64,000 bases of DNA from an uncultured Flavobacteriaceae bacterium. GTDB taxonomy: Bacteria > Bacteroidota > Bacteroidia > Flavobacteriales > Flavobacteriaceae. This document shows, piece by piece, positions 46,118-55,742 of this stretch; position 1 is the first letter of the stretch; each line of letters begins with the position of its first letter. Location: NCBI GenBank assembly GCA_943789295.1, contig CALSTO010000004.1:2224-66223 (forward strand), in the 5' to 3' direction. Under the pieces are notes generated by a model. It was not told where the DNA came from, searched no databases, and saw only the letters and a program-made list of their open reading frames with translations. The position numbers and the translations under genes are program-made.

Positions 46118-46809
46118 TTAAAGTTAACGACCAAGTTTTTAAAGTTTTCCTTGTAACTTCCACCAATTTTATAAGGCTTTTTGTTAATGTAGGCATTACT
46201 ACCGTCAATTACATCAATTTTATTAATTGCTGCAGTAGTGGATCGATGTATTCTAATAAACCTATTTCTAGGAAGAGATTCTGTAAATGAAGTTAGTGTA
46301 GTATGAACAATAAAGTTTTTCTCTTTAGTAACTATTTTTATGTAATCTTTTAAACTCTCTATGGCTAAAATATCATCATAATTTATTTTGACATTTAATT
46401 TGTTAACTCTTACGAAAACAAAATCAAGATCAAGACTTTTTTCATTTCTAATTCTAGTTATTAGCTTATAAGCTTTTTCCACAGCTTGTTCAAACCTTTC
46501 AAATGGGATTGGTTTCATTAAATAATCCACTACATTTAAATCGTATCCGTCAAGCGCATAATCTGAATGAGCACTGGTTATAATTGTTTTGGGTGGTGTT
46601 TCTAAACTTTTTAAAAAACTTATACCATCAATAAATGGCATATTAATATCCAAAAACATCAAATCAACTTTTTTCTTTTTAATAGTAGTTAAAGCATCAT
46701 TAGCATTTGAAAAAGTTCCAACACAGACTAAAAAATCAATTTTTTTAACAAAATTTTCTATTACTTTAATTGCTAGAGGCTCATCATCTAATATTATACA
46801 GTTGATCAT
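46114..46809 (-). CDS. LytR/AlgR (LytTR) family response regulator
   Basis: 231 aa. Receiver (ILDDEP ... [10 protein letters not shown]) plus C-terminal LytTR DNA-binding domain (FIRIHRS). Confidence 0.9.
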   Translation of the reverse strand: MINCIILDDEPLAIKVIENFVKKIDFLVCVGTFSNANDALTTIKKKKVDLMFLDINMPFIDGISFLKSLETPPKTIITSAHSDYALDGYDLNVVDYLMKPIPFERFEQAVEKAYKLITRIRNEKSLDLDFVFVRVNKLNVKINYDDILAIESLKDYIKIVTKEKNFIVHTTLTSFTESLPRNRFIRIHRSTTAAINKIDVIDGSNAYINKKPYKIGGSYKENFKNLVVNFN

Positions 46810-47879
46810 AGTTTAACTTTAAGGTGTGCAATATATTTATTTTTTTCTTCAATTACATCAAGACTATAAAAATCAGGCCCGTAATTTAACTCTAATCTTT
46901 TTTTTAGGTTTGTAAGGCCTATTCCACCAATTTGTCCTTTTATTTTTTTTGTTTGTTTTTCAAATGAATTTTCAACCCTAAAATCCAAAAGCTTTTTAGT
47001 TGCTTTCAAATCAATTTTAATATATCCGTTTTTTGTTGAATTTCTAGCTCCGTGTTTAAAAGCATTTTCAACAAGTGGAATAAGCATTAATGGTTTAACT
47101 ATTATTTTTTTTGTTTTCCCACTGATGCTAAAACTTACATCAAGAGTTTCATCGTATCGTAATTTCTCAATATCAATGTAATCTTTAATATGTGAGACTT
47201 CGTTTTGTAATGTTTGAAATTCTTTTCCGGTTTCATATAAAAAATACTTCATTAAATCAGAAAGTTTTAAAATTAAATCGGGAGCCTTATCTGATTTATC
47301 AATAGTTAAAGAATATAAATTATTTAAAGTGTTGAAAAAGAAGTGTGGTTGAACTTGAGATCTTAAATACTTTAATTCGCTTTCTAAAAGTATTTCGTTA
47401 GTTCTTGTAAGATATTCTCTTTGCTTAATCCAGTCAATAGCTAACTTAATGGCCGTAACAAAAGCAATAACATAAATTTCTCCAAGAATTACGTTGATTG
47501 CATAAGTAAGGTCAATCTTTGAAGTTATTCCAGCAAATTCAGGTAAGACATCTCCACTTGTAAAATAATAAGTGATTTGAAACTTTAAAACTAGAGTTAG
47601 TCCCAAACTAATAAATAGAAGAGTAAAAAACTCAATTACCTTTCCGTTAAAAAGTTTAGGAAGAAGATAAAATATAAATATGTAAGATAAGGTAATATGA
47701 AAAGGAAACTCAATAATATTAGATTTAATGGAATATGCATAGTCTTCATAAAAATTTCCCCATCTAATAGTGTTAAAAGTAAAGTAACCTAGCCAAAATA
47801 AAATTTGACTAGAAATCGGAATCGAAGATATTTTATTATAAGTTGGATTTGTGAATAACGATCTTTTACTAACCTTCAT
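46806..47879 (-). CDS. LytS-type sensor histidine kinase (His_kinase PF06580-like)
   Basis: 357 aa. Four to five TM segments, then QVQPHFFFNTLNNL H-box and a GHKL ATPase region. 4-nt overlap with the regulator. Confidence 0.85.
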   Translation of the reverse strand: MKVSKRSLFTNPTYNKISSIPISSQILFWLGYFTFNTIRWGNFYEDYAYSIKSNIIEFPFHITLSYIFIFYLLPKLFNGKVIEFFTLLFISLGLTLVLKFQITYYFTSGDVLPEFAGITSKIDLTYAINVILGEIYVIAFVTAIKLAIDWIKQREYLTRTNEILLESELKYLRSQVQPHFFFNTLNNLYSLTIDKSDKAPDLILKLSDLMKYFLYETGKEFQTLQNEVSHIKDYIDIEKLRYDETLDVSFSISGKTKKIIVKPLMLIPLVENAFKHGARNSTKNGYIKIDLKATKKLLDFRVENSFEKQTKKIKGQIGGIGLTNLKKRLELNYGPDFYSLDVIEEKNKYIAHLKVKL

Positions 47880-47996
47880 TATGGGATTTGTATATTTAAT
47901 TATAAAAACTATTACAGATAGTTAAAAAATAATATTTTGTGATTTTAAATTATAAATGACTAATTTAAAAATTCATTCTTGAAAAATTGTGTAATA

Positions 47997-49403
47997 ATGA
48001 AGTTTATTAAAATTTTACTAGTAATTATATTGTTTTCCTCATGTCAGAATAATGATAATGTAGAGTCTCCTAACGTCATATTTATCTTAACAGATGACCT
48101 AGGGTTTGCTGATTTGAGTTCATATGGTTCAAAAATGATAGAAACACCAAACTTGGATTTGATGGCCAGTCAAGGAGCACTTCTTAATTCTTATTATTCA
48201 ACACAAGCTGTTTGTTCAGCATCAAGAGCGTCAATCCTTACTGGAAGTTATCCAAACAGAATAGGATTTAGTGGAGCTCTTGGGCCTAATTCAAAAAAAG
48301 GAATTAACCCAAGTGAATTCTTAATGTCTGAAATGTTTAAACAAAATGGATATAATACCGCTATCTATGGTAAATGGCATTTAGGTGATAATAAAAAGTT
48401 TTTACCTACAAATCACGGATTTGATGACTTTTTTGGAATATTATATTCAAACGATATGTGGCCTTTTCATGCAGAGTATCCAAATAGTTATCCTGATTTG
48501 ATGTTGTACGACTATGATAAGCCGATTGAGGTATTAACAGATCAATCCGACTTAACTATGGAGTTGACTAGAAAAAGTATTTCGTTTATTGAAAAAAATA
48601 AAGACAATCCATTCTTTTTATACTTAGCACATCCTCAGCCTCATGTGCCATTGTTCGCTTCTTCAAAATTTAGGGGAAGATCAGATCATGGACTTTACAC
48701 TGATGTAATTGAAGAAATAGATCATTCTTTGGGTCTTATAATGGAAACGCTAAAGAAAAATAATTTAGATAAAAACACTGTAGTTGTTTTTACATCCGAT
48801 AATGGGCCATGGCTTTCTTATGGAGGGCACGCTGGTTCAACTGGAATATACAGAGAAGGAAAAGGGACAACATGGGAAGGTGGACAAAGGGTCCCTTGTA
48901 TAGTTTGGTATCCAAATGAAATCAAACCTAATTCAGTTATTAAAACTCCTTTGATGGGTATAGATTGGCTCCCGACTTTTGCAAAAATCACTAATGCAAG
49001 CTTATCAGAAAATAAAATAGATGGTAAAAATATATGGGAAAATTTAACTGGAAAAACAGATTCAGACCCTCACGAAGCATTGTTTTTTTATTATCACAAA
49101 AACAGTCTTCATGGAGTTAGATACGGAGATTATAAAATGTATTTTCCACACAGATATAGAACTTTAAACGGGAAAAAAGGGAGAAATGATGGAACCCCAA
49201 TAAAATATGAATATGTAGATCTCAAAGAAAATGAACTGTATAATTTAAAAACTGACCCCTCTGAAACTAAAAATATTCTTAATGAATTTCCTGAAATTGT
49301 AAAAAAAATAAACGCTTTAGCTGATAATAAAAGAAAAGAAATTGGAGATGATCTAACCAATGTTGTTGGTTTAGAAAATAGAGAAGTTGGGATGATTGAA
49401 TAA
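47997..49403 (+). CDS. S1 arylsulfatase
   Basis: Start at the first ATG (MKFIKILL..., lipobox FSSC). LTDDLGFADL, formylglycine motif variant CSASRASILTG (C-x-A-x-R), GKWHLG. Confidence 0.9.
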   Translation: MKFIKILLVIILFSSCQNNDNVESPNVIFILTDDLGFADLSSYGSKMIETPNLDLMASQGALLNSYYSTQAVCSASRASILTGSYPNRIGFSGALGPNSKKGINPSEFLMSEMFKQNGYNTAIYGKWHLGDNKKFLPTNHGFDDFFGILYSNDMWPFHAEYPNSYPDLMLYDYDKPIEVLTDQSDLTMELTRKSISFIEKNKDNPFFLYLAHPQPHVPLFASSKFRGRSDHGLYTDVIEEIDHSLGLIMETLKKNNLDKNTVVVFTSDNGPWLSYGGHAGSTGIYREGKGTTWEGGQRVPCIVWYPNEIKPNSVIKTPLMGIDWLPTFAKITNASLSENKIDGKNIWENLTGKTDSDPHEALFFYYHKNSLHGVRYGDYKMYFPHRYRTLNGKKGRNDGTPIKYEYVDLKENELYNLKTDPSETKNILNEFPEIVKKINALADNKRKEIGDDLTNVVGLENREVGMIE

Positions 49404-49413
49404 TTTTTTAAAA

Positions 49414-50397
49414 ATGAGTAATAGAAGAAATTTTATAAAAAAATCTGCTTTAGGAACTTTAGGGGTTTCAAGTATTTTAAGCTGCGACGAGTTAAACAAT
49501 GTCAATATCAAAAAAACCTATCCTAGAATTATTTCTACATGGAATCACGGTTTGGAGGCAAACCAAAAAGCTTGGGAAGTTTTAAAAAATGGAGAGGGAG
49601 GACTCTCGGCTGTTGAGAAGGGCGTTAAGGTTTCGGAAGCTGATCCAAAAATAAGATCTGTAGGCTATGGCGGCTACCCTGATAGAGACGGTATAGTTAC
49701 TTTGGATGCTTGCATAATGGATAAAAATAGTAATTGCGGATCGGTTAGTTTTTTGCAGAATATTAAACACCCTATCTCAGTAGCAAGACATGTAATGGAA
49801 GACACACCACATGTTATGCTATCAGGAAAAGGGGCTTTAGATTTCGCAGTATCAAAAGGCTTCAATCAAGAAGACTTATTGACCGATGAATCAAGAAAAG
49901 ACTGGTTAAAATGGAAAGAAAATTCAAATTACAAACCAGTTATAAATATTGAAAATCACGATACTATAAGCATGCTATTAATTGATGAAAACGGTGATCT
50001 TTTTGGAGCTTGCACAACTAGTGGTGCAGCTTGGAAAATGCACGGAAGAGTTGGAGATTCTCCTATTATTGGAGCGGGCTTATTTTTAGATAATGAAGTT
50101 GGAGCTGCTGCTGCTACTGGGCTGGGCGAAGCCATAATAAAAACATCTGGAAGCGCTATGGTTGTTGAACTTATGAGACAAGGGTATTCTCCCTTACAAG
50201 CATGTAAGACCATAGTTGAAAGGATTTCGAAAATACATAAGTCAGGACCTGAGTGGGATTACCTTCAAGTTGGATTTATTGCTCTTAATAAAAATGGAGA
50301 ATATGCTGGATACAGCTTGAGAAAAGGATTTAATTATTCGCTTTGTGATGAAAAAAATAAAGATTTATTGATTGATGCTAAATATGAAATAGGTTAA
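49414..50397 (+). CDS. N4-(beta-N-acetylglucosaminyl)-L-asparaginase (glycosylasparaginase, Ntn hydrolase)
   Basis: Start at MSNRRNFIKKSALG (Tat-type twin-arginine signal). Autoprocessing HD|T site (ENHDTISM). GRVGDSPIIGAG block. Confidence 0.88.
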   Translation: MSNRRNFIKKSALGTLGVSSILSCDELNNVNIKKTYPRIISTWNHGLEANQKAWEVLKNGEGGLSAVEKGVKVSEADPKIRSVGYGGYPDRDGIVTLDACIMDKNSNCGSVSFLQNIKHPISVARHVMEDTPHVMLSGKGALDFAVSKGFNQEDLLTDESRKDWLKWKENSNYKPVINIENHDTISMLLIDENGDLFGACTTSGAAWKMHGRVGDSPIIGAGLFLDNEVGAAAATGLGEAIIKTSGSAMVVELMRQGYSPLQACKTIVERISKIHKSGPEWDYLQVGFIALNKNGEYAGYSLRKGFNYSLCDEKNKDLLIDAKYEIG

Positions 50398-52436
50398 TGG
50401 AAATTTTAAATTATTTAGGAAAATTTCATCCAGTAGTTTTACACCTTCCTATAGGTGCTTTATACTTAACTTTTTGTCTAGTTTTATTAGAAAGGTTTTT
50501 TAAAACTAAATACACTATTCCAATACGGTTTGGATTATTATTTTCATTTGCTTTTTCAATTTTAAGCGCTTTGTTGGGTTATTTTCTATACTTGGGAGAT
50601 GATTTTTCAGGGGATCTAATTGATAGACACATGTGGCTTGGTATTTCTACAACTGTTTCTATTGGAGGATTACTTTGGATGCATAAAACTTCTAAATATT
50701 TGAATTATTTCACTCCTTCCTTTGTGTTTACTGTTGTGTTATTGTCAGTAACTGGTCATTTTGGAGGTCAAATTACACACGGAAGTGAATATTTGAAAAT
50801 ACCAGATTTTAGTAAGACTACAAGCGTAACTAGTTTAGATAGTATAAACCTATATTCAAGTGTTGTAATGCCAATACTTGATAACAAATGTGTTAAGTGT
50901 CATAATCAAAACAAGTCTAAAGGGGATTTAATGTTAAACTCTAAAGAAGCAATTTTAAAAGGCGGAGAATCTGGTCAAATATTAGTTTCTTTTGACGCAA
51001 GTTCAAGCCACTTATATAATTACCCAAACCTACCGATGAACGATAAAATGCATATGCCACCTGAGGGTAACGTGCAGTTAACTGAAAATGAAATTGAAAT
51101 TCTAAAAATATGGATTGACAAAGGCGCTAATTTCGATCAATATAGTGCTTTAGAAAGTTTTGATACTGATCAAAAAGAAATGGTGATGTCTTTTATGCCA
51201 TCCGATCTGCCAATTGTAGATCCGCCAAGAAAACAAGATTTAGAAAAGCTTTTAGAATTAGATTTTAGGCTTGAAAGAAACAGTATCACTAATAATTATG
51301 TAGAAGCTAAGTTTTTAGGAAAGGTCTTAAAATCAAAACATATTAAGGCTTTATTAAAAGTTAAGGAACAGCTAATCAAATTAGATCTTAGTCATACTAA
51401 TTTGAATGATAATTTAATATCAAAACTTAATTCTCTTAAAAATTTAAAGTATTTAAAAATTAATAATACTAAAATTACAGATAAGGGACTTTCTTCAATA
51501 AGCAGTTCAGTTGAAAGCTTAAATTTAAATGAAAATAAATTAAGCTTTGATGGTCTAAAAAATTTACTTGAACAAAAAAGCTTAAAAGCAGTCTATTTAT
51601 GGAATACATCTATTAGTAAGGATAATCAAACAGAATTATTAGGCCTTTCAACTGCTGAATTAAATTTTGGAGTTAGTGATTTTGCAAAAGGAGTTCCTCT
51701 CTCTATTCCGAAACCAATTTCTGGCCAAACTATGTTCTCAGATTCTTTAAAAATAGAGTTTTATAAGTCTTTAGGAAACCCTACAATAAGATACACTCTA
51801 AATGGAAAAGATCCAGATTCATTATCTTCTCTTTATTCAAAGCCTTTCTCTATTTCAAGCTCATTAACCTTAAAAACGAAAGCCTTTAAAGAAGGTTGGT
51901 TGGACAGTAAAGTTGGTGTAATGGATTTTATTAAAGTGGAAGGAATTTTAAAAAATTATGTTTTAAAAACAACACCTGATAACAGATATAGGCATCCAAA
52001 AAAATTATTTGATGGTATTATTGGTGACATCAATTTTAGAGATGGTCATTGGAACGGGTTCATAAGAACTAGCGATTATGAAAGAGGAGTGAATGAAAGA
52101 AATTCCGGTGATTTAGTTTTGGAAATAGACCTTAGCGATAAAAATTATAATTCAATTGGGTTCCATGCTCTTGAATCTATAGGAGCATATATAATGTTCC
52201 CAGAAAGTATAGAGTTATATGATATTTCGCTGAACTCAAATAAGTTAATTTATTCTAAAAAATTACCTAAATCATCTTTGGGAGCACCTAATATTACTAA
52301 GTTTTTTAAGGTTCCTATTCTTGAAAACCCGTCAAAAGTTAAATTAGTTGTAAAAAGCAATAAAGAACTTCCCAAAGGTCATCCGGCGGAAGGAGAGTAT
52401 GCTTGGCTTTTTGTTGATGAAATTCTATTTTTATAA
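50397..52436 (+). CDS. membrane-anchored PSCyt1-type CxxCH domain / LRR / Fn3-like / discoidin-like fusion protein
   Basis: 679 aa. Four N-terminal TM helices with conserved His (HPVVLHLPIG ... TGHFGGQITHG, DUF2231-like). CVKCH...KGDLMLNS...GGESGQ...MHMPP planctomycete-type cytochrome c domain. LRRs (LKNLKYLKINNTKITDKGL). C-terminal beta-sandwich modules. ATG overlaps the previous stop (TAATG). Confidence 0.7.
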   Translation: MEILNYLGKFHPVVLHLPIGALYLTFCLVLLERFFKTKYTIPIRFGLLFSFAFSILSALLGYFLYLGDDFSGDLIDRHMWLGISTTVSIGGLLWMHKTSKYLNYFTPSFVFTVVLLSVTGHFGGQITHGSEYLKIPDFSKTTSVTSLDSINLYSSVVMPILDNKCVKCHNQNKSKGDLMLNSKEAILKGGESGQILVSFDASSSHLYNYPNLPMNDKMHMPPEGNVQLTENEIEILKIWIDKGANFDQYSALESFDTDQKEMVMSFMPSDLPIVDPPRKQDLEKLLELDFRLERNSITNNYVEAKFLGKVLKSKHIKALLKVKEQLIKLDLSHTNLNDNLISKLNSLKNLKYLKINNTKITDKGLSSISSSVESLNLNENKLSFDGLKNLLEQKSLKAVYLWNTSISKDNQTELLGLSTAELNFGVSDFAKGVPLSIPKPISGQTMFSDSLKIEFYKSLGNPTIRYTLNGKDPDSLSSLYSKPFSISSSLTLKTKAFKEGWLDSKVGVMDFIKVEGILKNYVLKTTPDNRYRHPKKLFDGIIGDINFRDGHWNGFIRTSDYERGVNERNSGDLVLEIDLSDKNYNSIGFHALESIGAYIMFPESIELYDISLNSNKLIYSKKLPKSSLGAPNITKFFKVPILENPSKVKLVVKSNKELPKGHPAEGEYAWLFVDEILFL

Positions 52437-52472
52437 ATTTTAATAAAAGAAATTTTAAAACATTCTAGTTCA

Positions 52473-52493
52473 AATGTTTAGGCAATGTTTAGG
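52473..52493. promoter_or_regulatory. tandem direct repeat AATGTTTAGG x2, 11-bp phase (candidate operator)
   Basis: AATGTTTAGG at 52473-52482 and 52484-52493, about 135 bp upstream of the susC copy B ATG. Confidence 0.3.
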
Positions 52494-52625
52494 TCATTTT
52501 ATAGTTGAAAATTGATCGTAATAAATTCCACTTTTGTCGAAATATTCCAAAATTTTTATGAATATGTTAAAAAAGTGTTAACGATTTTATTAAATTAGTA
52601 CTGATTTAAACAAAACTAAATATTT

Positions 52626-55600
52626 ATGAAAACAAAATTTTTTACAATTTTGTCCTCTTTTTTATTGGTGTTTGCATTCGGTTTTACCGTTCAAGCCCAA
52701 TCAATTAGCGGGACAGTAACCGACGATAACGGTGTACCTCTTCCGGGAGCAACTGTTTTAGTCGAAGGAACTTCAAATGGAGTTTCCACTGATTTTGATG
52801 GTAATTATTCAATTAACGCTTCAAGTGGTGACACCCTTGTTTTTAGCTTTGTTGGATATTCAAGTCAATCAGTAGTTGTCGGATCTTCTGCAACAGTTAA
52901 CGTTTCTTTACAACCAGATAATGCTTTATCTGAAGTAGTTGTAACTGCACTTGGTGTAAAAAGAAATGTTAAAGCGGTTGGGTATTCAATTACTCAAGTA
53001 GGCGGTGAAGAACTAAGCGATAACAAAACTACAAATGCAATTAATGCTTTACAAGGTAAAGTTGCCGGTGTTATGGTAACTGGTTCATCGATGGGAGCTA
53101 AAGGTTCAAGTAGAGTTGTTATTCGTGGTACTAGTTCATTAACTGGAAATAACCAACCTTTATATGTTGTAGATGGAATTACTATTAACAATTCAAATTT
53201 AGGATCTGCTGGTGTATGGGGAGGTGCTGACTACGGAGATGGTATCTCTAGTATTAACCCAGATGAAATTGAATCTGTTTCTGTTTTAAAAGGTGGTGCA
53301 GCTGCAGCGCTTTACGGATCTAGAGCTTCTAATGGTGTTATAATTATAAATACTAAAACTGGAGCTGGTACTAAGGGAATCGGAGTTGAATTCAATTCTT
53401 CAACTCAATTTGACATGTTAAATCTTTCATTAAGGGACACTCAAGAAATTTATGGTCAGGGTAGAGATGCTTCTAAAGTATCTGATGCAATTGACACTTA
53501 TCAAGCTTGGGGACCAAAAATGGACGGTTCTTTAGTTGAGCAGTGGGATGGTGTTGCTAGACCTTACACTAATAAGGGAAGTAACTTAGATAAATTCTAT
53601 CAAACTGGTGAAACTTACACAAATACTATTGCTGTTTCATCTTCAAACGAAAACGGTAGTACTAGATTTTCCGTAACAAATTTGGATAATTTAGACATCG
53701 TACCTAACTCTACATTAAAACGAAATTCTTTTGGATTAAATTCTTCTAGAAAATATGGAGATAAGTTTAATGTTGATGTAAATATGAAATACATCTTAGA
53801 AGACCAAGAAGGTAATCCACAATTATCAGATTCACCAGGTAATGGAAACTTTGCTGTTAATTTATTTGCCCCTACTGTTTCTGTTGATGACATGATGGGA
53901 GAAGGTGGACTTGGTAGAAATGCAGATTTAACAGAATTTAGAATTAGTGATAATTCTTATTCTCAGAATCCATATTTTGCTGCTTATAATTTTATAAATT
54001 CATCTGAAAAAGCGAGATTTATAGGTGCATTAAATGCTAGATATGATGTTACTGATTATTTATACCTTAGAGGTAGACTAGGTGGAGATCGTTACGATTT
54101 ACACAAAACTGGTTCAACTCCTTGGGGAACTGCTTTTCAGCCTAGAGGTTCTATAAATGAAAATAAAAGTACGTTTAAGCAATACGATGCCGATGCGTTT
54201 TTGGGGACAGATAATTTACAAATCGTAGATGATTTAACTGTAAATGCGTTTGTTGGTATAGGAACAAACGTTCAAGAATATGATGCAGTATCAAAATCAG
54301 GTTCTGATTTTATTGTTCCATTTTTAATTAATGTTCAAAACACTAAAAACCAAGGTGGTGGATACAGCTACTGGAAAAAGAAAATTAACTCAGCTTATGG
54401 ATCTGCAGAATTTGGATTCCAGGACTGGGCTTTCTTAACAGTAACTGCTAGAAACGACTGGTTCTCAACTTTATCTTTAAAAGATAAAAAATCACCAAAC
54501 AATGACTTATATACTTCTGCGTCTCTTTCATTAGTTCTATCTGATGTTATGGATCTTGGAGATACTGTTTCTTTCTTAAAATTAAGAGGAGGTTATTCTC
54601 AGGTAGCAGGTGGTGCTGATAGCCCATATGCTTTAAGTTTATCTTACGGAATATACGGACAAGGTCACTTAGGTGCTTCTCTTGGAAATATTTCTGGAGG
54701 AACTATTCCTAACTCTGAAATTACTCCTTTTGAGAAAAACGAAACTGAATTTGGTGTAGACTTAAGAATGTTTGACAACAAACTTTCTATAGATGCAACT
54801 TACTATGACAATGAAACTCTAGGAGACATTGTTGGAGTTAGTGCTTCTGCAACATCAGGTTTTGGAAGTGCACTTGCTAATCTTGGTAATATTTCAAACT
54901 CAGGTATTGAATTACTTATTAAAGGTGAGATAATGAGAACTGATGATTTCGCTTGGAATGCATCAATTAACTACACTAATAATACAAGTGAAGTAGTTGC
55001 AACTAATGATACTGGAGGTAATATCTCAATGGATGAGCCTCGTTCAAGAAACTTAAGAGTAACTCACATTGTAGGAGAGAAATATGGAGCACTTTACGGT
55101 TCTTCATATGTGAGAAATGATGCAGGTGCCATTGTTCACGAAATGGTTAACGGAATTCCAATTCCAAAAATTGGTGCTAGAAAAATCTTAGGATTTGGAG
55201 TTGCGCCAACTTCTTTAGGTTTAGGATCTTCGTTTAGATATAAAGATTTCAATGCTTCAATTTTAATTGAAGGAAAAACTGGTGGGCAAATTTACTCTGG
55301 AACAAATGCTTTTTTAATCAGAAATGGTCATCACAAAAAAACTGTTCCTGCAGGAGGTCGTGAGGCTGGATTTACACCATCTGGTGTAATGGAAGATGGA
55401 AGTGCCATTACAACTTCTATTCCTCAAGCTCAACAAGAAGACTATTACAGAAGAACTTACTCAATTGCTGAAGAAGCTATACAAGATTCAGATTATATGA
55501 GAGTTCGCCAATTAAGTATTGGATACAACGTACCGTCTAGCATGCTAGAAGGAACGTTTGTTGATAAAGCTACTGTATCGCTTATTGGAAGAAATTTATT

Positions 55601-55730
55601 TTTCTTAAGCAATAGTACTGATAATATTGACCCGGAGTCTGCATATAATAACGGAAACTCTGCTGGTTTAGAATGGTTCGGTCTTCCTGTTCCTAGAACA
55701 ATTGGACTTAACGTAAATCTTAAATTTTAA
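52626..55730 (+). CDS. susC: SusC/RagA-family TonB-dependent transporter (copy B)
   Basis: 1034 aa, collinear with copy A along its whole length and with the same domain order. Confidence 0.95.
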   Translation: MKTKFFTILSSFLLVFAFGFTVQAQSISGTVTDDNGVPLPGATVLVEGTSNGVSTDFDGNYSINASSGDTLVFSFVGYSSQSVVVGSSATVNVSLQPDNALSEVVVTALGVKRNVKAVGYSITQVGGEELSDNKTTNAINALQGKVAGVMVTGSSMGAKGSSRVVIRGTSSLTGNNQPLYVVDGITINNSNLGSAGVWGGADYGDGISSINPDEIESVSVLKGGAAAALYGSRASNGVIIINTKTGAGTKGIGVEFNSSTQFDMLNLSLRDTQEIYGQGRDASKVSDAIDTYQAWGPKMDGSLVEQWDGVARPYTNKGSNLDKFYQTGETYTNTIAVSSSNENGSTRFSVTNLDNLDIVPNSTLKRNSFGLNSSRKYGDKFNVDVNMKYILEDQEGNPQLSDSPGNGNFAVNLFAPTVSVDDMMGEGGLGRNADLTEFRISDNSYSQNPYFAAYNFINSSEKARFIGALNARYDVTDYLYLRGRLGGDRYDLHKTGSTPWGTAFQPRGSINENKSTFKQYDADAFLGTDNLQIVDDLTVNAFVGIGTNVQEYDAVSKSGSDFIVPFLINVQNTKNQGGGYSYWKKKINSAYGSAEFGFQDWAFLTVTARNDWFSTLSLKDKKSPNNDLYTSASLSLVLSDVMDLGDTVSFLKLRGGYSQVAGGADSPYALSLSYGIYGQGHLGASLGNISGGTIPNSEITPFEKNETEFGVDLRMFDNKLSIDATYYDNETLGDIVGVSASATSGFGSALANLGNISNSGIELLIKGEIMRTDDFAWNASINYTNNTSEVVATNDTGGNISMDEPRSRNLRVTHIVGEKYGALYGSSYVRNDAGAIVHEMVNGIPIPKIGARKILGFGVAPTSLGLGSSFRYKDFNASILIEGKTGGQIYSGTNAFLIRNGHHKKTVPAGGREAGFTPSGVMEDGSAITTSIPQAQQEDYYRRTYSIAEEAIQDSDYMRVRQLSIGYNVPSSMLEGTFVDKATVSLIGRNLFFLSNSTDNIDPESAYNNGNSAGLEWFGLPVPRTIGLNVNLKF

Positions 55731-55742
55731 ACTTATATAATT

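Noticed and set aside
50397-52436. CxxCH protein as a respiratory cytochrome c
   Set aside because: It has a single heme motif inside a PSCyt1-like domain fused to LRR and beta-sandwich modules. There are no neighbouring oxidase or reductase complex genes.
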